The position numbers and the translations under genes were made by a program. A stretch of 54,694 nt of DNA from assembly GCA_045403135.1 (NCBI GenBank), contig JAXIPC010000105.1, forward strand, positions 1-54,694, given 5' to 3'. The DNA comes from Gemmatimonadales bacterium. Lineage in GTDB: Bacteria > Gemmatimonadota > Gemmatimonadetes > Gemmatimonadales > GWC2-71-9. Of this stretch, positions 48,054-54,694 are shown piece after piece (the stretch's first letter is position 1; every line of letters starts with the position of its first letter). Under the pieces are notes generated by a model. It made no database searches and was not told the origin of the DNA. It saw only the letters and a program-made list of their open reading frames with translations.

Positions 48054-48082
48054 TTGATCCGGCGGGCGGCTCTGGCGATTTT
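48054..48082 (+). promoter_or_regulatory. Possible purEK promoter
   Basis: TTGATC, 17 bp, GATTTT (weak -10). Confidence 0.35.
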
Positions 48083-48122
48083 CCGCGGCCCACCTGGACC
48101 AACCCGAATCCGAGGCCCCTGC

Positions 48123-48623
48123 ATGGCGAATCCCCTGGTCGGCGTCGTGATGGGCTCGAGCTCGGATTGGGAGGTCATGCAGCACGCCGCCCGGAAGCTG
48201 GCCGAGTTCGGGGTCGCCTATGAAGCGAAGGTGGTCTCCGCCCATCGAACGCCCGATTTGCTGTTCGAGTACGCGGCTGGGGCTGCGGGACGGGGGCTGG
48301 TCTGCCTGATTGCCGGGGCCGGCGGAGCGGCTCACCTGCCGGGCATGCTCGCGGCTAAGACCGTGCTTCCGGTGCTGGGAGTACCAGTGCCATCGAAACA
48401 CCTGCAAGGCCTCGACTCGCTGCTCTCCATTGTCCAGATGCCTGCGGGCGTTCCGGTCGCGACATTCGCCATCGGAGAAGCCGGCGCGCATAACGCGGCA
48501 CTGCATGCGATCGCCATGCTCGCCGTGACGGATCCCGGGCTCCGGGTACAACTCGAGCGATTCCGGGCCACCCAGGAGACGCAGGTCCGCTCGATCACCC
48601 TCCCCGCACCCGTTTCCGGATGA
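48123..48623 (+). CDS. purE: N5-CAIR mutase
   Basis: [40 protein letters not shown]. Confidence 0.97.
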   Translation: MANPLVGVVMGSSSDWEVMQHAARKLAEFGVAYEAKVVSAHRTPDLLFEYAAGAAGRGLVCLIAGAGGAAHLPGMLAAKTVLPVLGVPVPSKHLQGLDSLLSIVQMPAGVPVATFAIGEAGAHNAALHAIAMLAVTDPGLRVQLERFRATQETQVRSITLPAPVSG

Positions 48624-49747
48624 TCCTGCCCGGCGCGACCCTCGGCTTGCTCGGCGGGGGGCAGCTCGGGCGGATGTTTACCGTCCGGGCACGCACCATG
48701 GGGTACGAGGTTGTGGTGCTGGATCCGGACCCGCTCTCTCCCGCGGGTCACAGCGCGACGCGGCACTTGGTTGCGGCCTACGACGATCCGGCCGCGCTGG
48801 ACCAGCTCGCTGGGTGCGCCGAAGCGGTAACGACGGAGTTCGAAAATGTTCCCGCCGCTGCCCTCGCCTTCCTCGCCGCACGGCTCCGGGTGCGCCCGGA
48901 ACCCGATTCGGTCGCCATTGCGCAGGACCGCATCCGCGAGAAGACGTTCCTTCGCGACGCCGGCATCTCCACCGCGCCATTCCGCCCCGTCCTGGATGCC
49001 GACGCCCTCGAGGCGGCGTGGGAATCCATCGGGGCACCGGCGTTGCTCAAGATCAGCCGGCTGGGTTATGACGGGAAGGGACAGGCGTCAATCGAAACCC
49101 GCGAGGAAGCCCGGCGCGCGTTTGCAGGGTTCGGCGGGGTACCCTGCGTGCTGGAGCGGCGGATGCGTCTCGAGGGCGAACTGTCGGTGGTGCTGGCGCG
49201 GGGTGCCGATGGCGTGCTGGCATCATTCCCCACCGGAGAAAACGTGCATCTCCGCGGGCTCCTCGACACCACGACCGTGCCGGCCCGCGTGCCCCTCTCG
49301 CTCGCGGATGGTGCCCGACGGATCGCAGCGGAGGCCGCCACGCGGCTCGACTACGTTGGCGTGCTGGGAGTGGAGCTGTTCATCGCCGAGGGCGGCCGGC
49401 TCTTTGCCAACGAACTGGCGCCGCGGCCCCACAACAGCGGGCACTTCACCCAGGATGCCTGCGACGTCTCCCAGTTCGAGCAGCAGGTGCGGACGCTCTG
49501 CGGGCTTCCGCTCACCGAGCCGCGACTACTCACCCCGGTGTGCATGATCAACCTGCTGGGGGATCTCTGGCAGCGGGGCGACCCGAACTGGGCGGCGGCT
49601 CTCGCGCTGCCGGGAGTCAAGCTCCATCTCTATGGAAAACGGGAGGCGCGGCCCGGGCGAAAGATGGGGCACCTCAACTGCCTGGCGGGAACCGCGGAAG
49701 AAGCCTACCAGCTCGCACGGCTGGCCCTTGACCGGCTGGCGTCCTAG
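48620..49747 (+). CDS. purK: N5-CAIR synthase
   Basis: [46 protein letters not shown]. Confidence 0.97.
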   Translation: MILPGATLGLLGGGQLGRMFTVRARTMGYEVVVLDPDPLSPAGHSATRHLVAAYDDPAALDQLAGCAEAVTTEFENVPAAALAFLAARLRVRPEPDSVAIAQDRIREKTFLRDAGISTAPFRPVLDADALEAAWESIGAPALLKISRLGYDGKGQASIETREEARRAFAGFGGVPCVLERRMRLEGELSVVLARGADGVLASFPTGENVHLRGLLDTTTVPARVPLSLADGARRIAAEAATRLDYVGVLGVELFIAEGGRLFANELAPRPHNSGHFTQDACDVSQFEQQVRTLCGLPLTEPRLLTPVCMINLLGDLWQRGDPNWAAALALPGVKLHLYGKREARPGRKMGHLNCLAGTAEEAYQLARLALDRLAS

Positions 49748-51315
49748 GGCATCCGGTTCACTGCCGCTGACAACCGGGCAAGCTCGTCGCGGACCTGGGG
49801 ATCGGCAGCGTGCCAATTGAGGGTCAGCGATTCGATGGCCTGCCGAGCGGTGGCCTTGTCCCCTGCAGCGACCGCGGCGCGCGCCAAGCCGAGCAACGCG
49901 CGAGATCGCCCCGGCGCCAGGCGGAGGGCGCGGACGAACTCGAGCTTGGCCTCGGCCGGATCCTCCTCCAGGAGCATGGCGCCCAGGACCTCGTGCGAGG
50001 GCTCGACAATCGCGGGCGGGCCGAACTCCATCGGCATCGCGTCTTCCAGAGCCGCAGCCTCGCGGAGGGCACGGAGCGCCTGATCGCGCGAACCCCCAAG
50101 AAGAAAGCTCATCCCATCGAGCTGGCGGCTCATGACCCGCGCGGTGATGGTGGCGGGATCGGTCGCACCCCGGTCTATACGCAGCGATTCCGCCAGGCGC
50201 TTCACCTCGCGCGCGGCGGTGGCCACGCCGTCGCCACTGCGCCTGTGATAGGCGATCATCCCGTCGGTGAACACACTTGCGACCTGTCCCGGCACGGTCA
50301 GCTTCTCGGAGCTCACCCGGGATCCGAAGATGGCGCCGCTCGAATCTTCCGAATGGAGGAGGAAGTGCGCCCGCATCTCGACCAACGCCGTGAGCTGCGC
50401 CCTGGTGCCACCGGTAGCGACGTTGCTCCGCATCGTCTCCATCATCTCGCGGGCCGCCTCAAAGCGACCCTGCTGGATCAGCCCGTACACCAGCCAGGAG
50501 GAATAGTGGCCGGGCAGGAGTGACGTCAGTCCCACGGCGATGCGATTCTGGGAGACGACGTCATCCCACATGCCCAGCGCCAGGAAAACGTGGGTGGTCA
50601 TGTGCTGGGCATGCGCGGCGTCCGGCGCAATCCTCGAATAGTCGCGAGCCGCCTGGAGGCCAAGGCGAGCGTGGAGCGGGTCGTCGTAGGAGTGAATCAG
50701 GTAGTGCGCGGCGCCGGGGTGGTCGGGGCTGGCGCGGAATACGGTGTCGGCGTATTGGGCCGCGCGCAGGTACGCGACCGTGTCGCGGATTCCCTGGTTG
50801 AGTCCGAGGAGCGCCAGGGCGTAGAACGCCTTGGCCTCGAGATCCCCGGGCTCCTCACGGACCAGGCGTTCCATCACGGCCGCGTAGAGTGTGTCCCGTC
50901 GCGGCTTCCCGCCGGGACCGTAGAGCACCTCCACCGCCTCGAGATAGCGTTGTTCCCGCACGGTCGGCGCCTTGGCCCGCCGGGCCTCGGGTGTCGGCGC
51001 CAGCCGTCCCAGCACGCCGCGGGCGGCGGCGGGGTCCTGCTCGTTCCACACCGCGTGATTGTAGGTCATTGCCTGACCCCAATAGGCCATCGCGAAGCCG
51101 GGCTCCAGCGCTTCCGCCCGCCGAAACGCCTTCTCGGCGCTCTCATACTGGAAGCTGTGGAGAAGCCGGACTCCCAGCAAAAACGCGTCCTGCGCGGCGG
51201 GAGTCCCGGACGTCGGGAAGACGACCGTGCCGAGCCGTGGGGTGGGCCCTGCCTGGGCTGTCAGGGAGGGAAGGGCGAAGAGGGCGAGGAGGGACAGACC
51301 GGTGAGGCGGGGCAT
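49744..51315 (-). CDS. Secreted TPR-like helical protein
   Basis: Signal peptide, AQDAFLLGVRLLHSF, FAMAYWGQAM, HPGAAHYLIHSYD, HAQHMTTH. Confidence 0.75.
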   Translation of the reverse strand: MPRLTGLSLLALFALPSLTAQAGPTPRLGTVVFPTSGTPAAQDAFLLGVRLLHSFQYESAEKAFRRAEALEPGFAMAYWGQAMTYNHAVWNEQDPAAARGVLGRLAPTPEARRAKAPTVREQRYLEAVEVLYGPGGKPRRDTLYAAVMERLVREEPGDLEAKAFYALALLGLNQGIRDTVAYLRAAQYADTVFRASPDHPGAAHYLIHSYDDPLHARLGLQAARDYSRIAPDAAHAQHMTTHVFLALGMWDDVVSQNRIAVGLTSLLPGHYSSWLVYGLIQQGRFEAAREMMETMRSNVATGGTRAQLTALVEMRAHFLLHSEDSSGAIFGSRVSSEKLTVPGQVASVFTDGMIAYHRRSGDGVATAAREVKRLAESLRIDRGATDPATITARVMSRQLDGMSFLLGGSRDQALRALREAAALEDAMPMEFGPPAIVEPSHEVLGAMLLEEDPAEAKLEFVRALRLAPGRSRALLGLARAAVAAGDKATARQAIESLTLNWHAADPQVRDELARLSAAVNRMP

Positions 51316-51366
51316 TGGTGAATAATAGCGAACCCGAAGGCCTGGGGCTCTTCAGCCGAGGTGCGC

Positions 51367-52635
51367 TTAGGGGGAAAACGCCACGACGGGCCCCAGAAGA
51401 ACGGTGCCGTTCTCCCCGCCCACGGCATAGAGGATCCCGTTCACCACACCGACCGAGTGCCCGTAGCGTGGCGTGGGCATCGATACGGTAGTCGTCCAGG
51501 AGTTGGTGGCTGGATCGTACGCCTCGACGGTCGCCACCTCGACATCGGTGAGGTTGAGCCCGCCCACGGCGTAGAGGATGCCGTTCACCACGCCGACCGA
51601 GAGCGCGTAGCGTGGCGTGGGCATCGATGCCCTGGTCGTCCAGGTGTTGGTGGCCGGATCGTACGCCTCGACGATCCCCATAGCGCCATTCCCGTCGCCC
51701 CCGCCCACGGCGTAGAGGATGCCGTTCACCACGCCGCCCGAGAGACCCGCGCGGGGCGTCGGCATCGATGCCTTAGTCGACCAGGTGTTGGTGGCCGGAT
51801 CGTACGCCTCGACAGTCCCCAGAGGGCCACCGCTGCCGTACCCGCCGACGGCGTAGAAGATGCCATTCACCACGCCGCCTGAGAAATCCACGCGGGGCGT
51901 CGGCATCGATGCCTTGGTCGTCCACGTGTTGGTGGCCGGATCGTACGCCTCGACGGTGCCCAGAGCGCCATTGCCGCCGTACCCGCCTACGGCGTAGAAA
52001 ATGCCATTCACCACGCCTACCGAGTGACCGTAGCGTGGCGTCGGCATCGACGCCTTGGTCGTCCAGGAGTTGGTGGCCGGATCGTACGCCTCGACGCTCC
52101 CGAGAAGAACGGGGGAAACCGCCCCGCCCACGGCATAGAGAACGCTGTTCACCACGCCGACCGAGAGATCGAAGCGTGGCGTCGGCATCGATGCCGTGGT
52201 CGTCCAGGAATGAGGGCCGACGACGAGCCCGGTGACGGTGAGCGTGTAGGTCGCCGTCGCCTCGGTCACCCCGGTCGCCGTGGCATGCACCACCAGCGGA
52301 AATGTCCCCAGCGTGGTGGCGGCATCCACCGTGATCGTGATGGTGGCGGTCGTGGTCGTGCCGATGGTCACCACGTTGGAGATGACGCCGGTGACGCCGG
52401 TCGGCGCGCCGGTGACCGTCATAATCACGGAGCCGGTGATACCCTCGCTTCGGGTCAGGGTCGCGGCGACAGTAGCAGAGCCGCCCTGCAGGATAATGGC
52501 GCTGGTCGGAACGATTGCCAGCGCGATGGTGCGGGGCCCGATGCCTCCGTCTCCAGACGAGCAGCCGACGGCGGCCATCGTGCCCAACAGCGCCAGGCCG
52601 CGGCGGACTAGACGCCTCGGAAGGGTGTGACTCAT
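51367..52635 (-). CDS. Kelch-repeat (6-blade) lipoprotein with a Thr-rich, probably Ig-like stalk
   Basis: AAVGC lipobox; six repeats WTT.ASMPTPR...S.GVVNG..YAVGG...VEAYDPATN; AAGGA RBS before ATG 52635. Confidence 0.88.
   Translation of the reverse strand: MSHTLPRRLVRRGLALLGTMAAVGCSSGDGGIGPRTIALAIVPTSAIILQGGSATVAATLTRSEGITGSVIMTVTGAPTGVTGVISNVVTIGTTTTATITITVDAATTLGTFPLVVHATATGVTEATATYTLTVTGLVVGPHSWTTTASMPTPRFDLSVGVVNSVLYAVGGAVSPVLLGSVEAYDPATNSWTTKASMPTPRYGHSVGVVNGIFYAVGGYGGNGALGTVEAYDPATNTWTTKASMPTPRVDFSGGVVNGIFYAVGGYGSGGPLGTVEAYDPATNTWSTKASMPTPRAGLSGGVVNGILYAVGGGDGNGAMGIVEAYDPATNTWTTRASMPTPRYALSVGVVNGILYAVGGLNLTDVEVATVEAYDPATNSWTTTVSMPTPRYGHSVGVVNGILYAVGGENGTVLLGPVVAFSP
51400..52210 (-). 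repeat. Intragenic tandem repeat, about 141-bp unit x6
   Basis: GGCATCG anchor at 51476, 51620, 51761, 51902, 52043, 52184. Confidence 0.9.
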
Positions 52636-52722
52636 GGGTTCCTTAAGGCGACAATCACGGTCGTCGGGACAGGCGATAGCGGTCCCCGCGAAGGTTAGAC
52701 CGCTCCTGCCGCCGTCCGCCGT

Positions 52723-52751
52723 GGTATATCGGAGGGGGCGGAACCTGTCAA
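52723..52751 (-). promoter_or_regulatory. Sigma70-type promoter for the Kelch gene
   Basis: TTGACA, 17 bp, TATACC on the minus strand. Confidence 0.65.
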
Positions 52752-52774
52752 GAGTTTGAGACACGGTGGAAACA

Positions 52775-52802
52775 CTTACGCCCCCAAGAGCGGGGGCGCA
52801 AG
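52775..52802 (-). terminator. Hairpin immediately 3' of ssrA (probable terminator)
   Basis: CTTGCGCCCCC-GCTCTT-GGGGGCGTAAG followed by TGTTT. Confidence 0.65.
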
Positions 52803-52806
52803 ATGA

Positions 52807-53166
52807 TGGAGGCGCAGGGAATCGAACCCTGGTCCGAACCAGCGTCCAGCACAGCGTCTACGTGCGTAGGCCGATCTTCGTGCGTGGTCCCGAGCCGGTT
52901 ATCGGCCGACCTTCCCGGAACGAACCTCCGAGGAATCTCGCCCGCCGTGTCGGAGGACCGCGGCAGGCCAGCCCGGCTTTGCTATTCGACGCCGCCGCCC
53001 CGGACGGGCTTCGTCGCCGAAGGTGCCTTCGCGAGCGTTAGCTCAGCTTAGGCAGCCATCGCCAAATCAGAGTTGGCAGTTGAACGTTTCCAAGCGGTTT
53101 AACCAGGGACCTGGACCTGGGCACGCTGCCACACCTTCTACTGACCCGTCGAAACCAGTCGCCCCC
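52807..53166 (-). ncRNA. ssrA: tmRNA; tag reading frame ANSDLAMAA* at 53077-53048
   Basis: 5' GGGGGCGACTGGTTTCGAC; 3' T-arm GGTTCGATTCCC and acceptor CGCCTCCA; tag GCC AAC TCT GAT TTG GCG ATG GCT GCC TAA. Confidence 0.93.
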
Positions 53167-53189
53167 TCGTTCTGGGCAAGGACCCAATA

Positions 53190-53218
53190 AGGTTAACGGG
53201 AAGCCGACGGCGTATCAA
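53190..53218 (-). promoter_or_regulatory. ssrA promoter
   Basis: TTGATA, 17 bp, TAACCT on the minus strand. Confidence 0.65.
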
Positions 53219-53286
53219 TCCTCGGTCGCAGTGTCGATCGGCTGTCTGGCTTTGTTGCTGCGCCATTAAACCATGGCTTGAGCTGA

Positions 53287-53315
53287 TTTACACTGCACGA
53301 CATGATGTATATTCT
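53287..53315 (+). promoter_or_regulatory. Promoter for the S9 peptidase gene
   Basis: TTTACA, 17 bp, TATTCT in an AT-rich intergenic region. Confidence 0.55.
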
Positions 53316-53453
53316 CTCATCGATCTCATAAGATACCATCCATTCCGTGCTCAATCGGTCGATTCGGTTCCGCGCCGGCGCGGCACCGTCCCCTCGCGTG
53401 GTCCATTAGGGGCTGGTAGTATCCGCCCATTCCCCTTCACCTGGACAGGGCAC

Positions 53454-54694
53454 ATGAGCCCACGATTCCGGCTCAGCGCGTCCATCATGCTGGTCTGCCT
53501 CGGTCCGGCCGCTGTCCGGGCCCAGCAGGCGCTCCCACTCCGCCAATCGACGCTCGATTGGTCGGCACGAGACCCGGCCTTCCGGATCGAGCTCGACTCG
53601 ACCTTCGATGGACGCTGGCTCGGTGGCGGCGCGACCCTGCCCCGCTGGGACGTCGAGGGTCGCTGGGTCTACTTCCAGTACGCCCTGGATCCCAAGCCGG
53701 TGGTCGCGGGGACGGTGGACGATCCCTGGTGGCGGGTGTCGCGCGACGGCAGGCGGGTGGAGGCGGTCGATCGCAAAGATGCCCTGATGGTGCCAACCAG
53801 CGTGGCCTACACCCGGGACGGCGCCCGGGCGGTGTACTTCCACCGTGGAGATCTTCGCTATTGGAAAAAGGGCACGACGCCCCGCCTGCTGCTGCAGCGA
53901 ACCGATAACGTCGGTCCACGGTGGAGCCCGGACGAACGGGAGATCTGGTTCCTGAGCGCCGGGGATCTCTGGGCGGTGGACCCGGAGACCGGCAGCCAGC
54001 GACAGCTCACCCGGAGCTTCACCGTGCCGGACACGCCCCGGGCCAACAAGGTGGCCGAGGCGCTGCGCACCGAGCAGCAGGGCATTTTCGATTTCGTCAA
54101 GCGACAGAAGGCCGATCGGGACACGGCCGAGGCGCGCCGCCTCCGCGACGCGGCGCCGCAACCCATCGTGATTCCTCGAAAGAAGGACGACACCGTCAGC
54201 CAGCTCACGCTGTCGGCGACCGGCGCCTACGCCACCTTCATCGTCACGCCAAAGGTGGAGACGACCCAGACATTTTACGGCGACTACGTCAACGACTCGG
54301 GGTTCGTGTTCACCCGCAGCTCGCGCCCAAAAGTCGGGCAAAACCAGGCCCCCGTGAGGCTCGGCATCGTCAAGGCGGATCCCTTTGCCGTTCCCGACAG
54401 CGTCAAGGTGATCTGGATGGATACGACCGGCTTCGGCAAGCCGGTCAGCGTCATGCAGGCGGCGTGGAACCGCCAGGGCACCCGATTGGCCGCCGACGTG
54501 CTTTCGCACGACTACAAGGATCGCTGGCTGGTGTTGGTGGACCCGGCAACCGGAAAGCAGGAACGCACGCTCGAGCACTTCCACGACGACGCCTGGCTGG
54601 TCCACTACTGGACCGCGATGCCGACGCCGATGACCTGGCTGCCCGACGGAGAGACGCTGGCCTACACCAGCGAGACGTCGGGCTGGCATCATCT
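53454..54694 (+). CDS. S9 family (DPP IV-like) peptidase, N-terminal beta-propeller (truncated by window end)
   Basis: Manual translation from ATG 53454 (not in ORF track): signal peptide, PRWSPDEREIWF, RQLT, DYKDRWL, WLPDGETLAYTSETSGWHH; catalytic domain lies outside the window. Confidence 0.78.
   Translation, partial: MSPRFRLSASIMLVCLGPAAVRAQQALPLRQSTLDWSARDPAFRIELDSTFDGRWLGGGATLPRWDVEGRWVYFQYALDPKPVVAGTVDDPWWRVSRDGRRVEAVDRKDALMVPTSVAYTRDGARAVYFHRGDLRYWKKGTTPRLLLQRTDNVGPRWSPDEREIWFLSAGDLWAVDPETGSQRQLTRSFTVPDTPRANKVAEALRTEQQGIFDFVKRQKADRDTAEARRLRDAAPQPIVIPRKKDDTVSQLTLSATGAYATFIVTPKVETTQTFYGDYVNDSGFVFTRSSRPKVGQNQAPVRLGIVKADPFAVPDSVKVIWMDTTGFGKPVSVMQAAWNRQGTRLAADVLSHDYKDRWLVLVDPATGKQERTLEHFHDDAWLVHYWTAMPTPMTWLPDGETLAYTSETSGWHH

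Noticed and set aside
51400-52210. CRISPR array or diversity-generating retroelement template
   Set aside because: Repeats are in-frame coding Kelch units; no cas or reverse transcriptase gene in the window
49744-52806. Genomic island integrated at the ssrA 3' end
   Set aside because: No integrase, no duplicated tmRNA 3' end seen, and composition looks like the rest of the window
53406-54692. 428-aa minus-strand ORF
   Set aside because: Antisense to the S9 peptidase read on the plus strand from 53454

Overview
High-GC bacterial chromosome segment, mostly core genes. Gene content and order suggest Gemmatimonadota (inference). Left to right: (-) recQ (truncated), a TPP-II-like S8 lipoprotein peptidase, and a B12 acyl-CoA mutase operon (carboxyltransferase, mutase small subunit, an inserted aeRF1-like gene, mutase large subunit with isobutyryl-CoA-mutase signature residues, meaB); (+) BlaI repressor and BlaR1/M56 sensor with a helical-repeat ectodomain; (-) aspS-phoH-ybeY-2x CorC/HlyC-mgtE; (+) L,D-transpeptidase, rlmN, acyltransferase; (-) a signalling operon of HEAT protein, HD-GYP, GAF-MCP, folK, YqeK-like HD and LytR_C; (+) lexA, then truA-htrA-purB-purC-psd-pssA-purS-purQ-zinc ribbon-purL-purF-ppdK; (-) GGDEF/EAL; (+) purE-purK; (-) TPR-like protein, Kelch lipoprotein, tmRNA; (+) S9/DPP-IV peptidase (truncated). 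No integrase, transposase or CRISPR was seen. Best leads: the HEAT/HD-GYP pair sharing an apparently paralogous N-terminal domain next to a GAF-chemoreceptor, intergenic 7/8-mer tandem-repeat hairpins, a candidate direct-repeat LexA box, apparently leaderless genes, an IF1-like helix on the zinc-ribbon protein, and a Kelch propeller with constant framework and variable loops. All calls come from motif recognition by eye; no searches were run.
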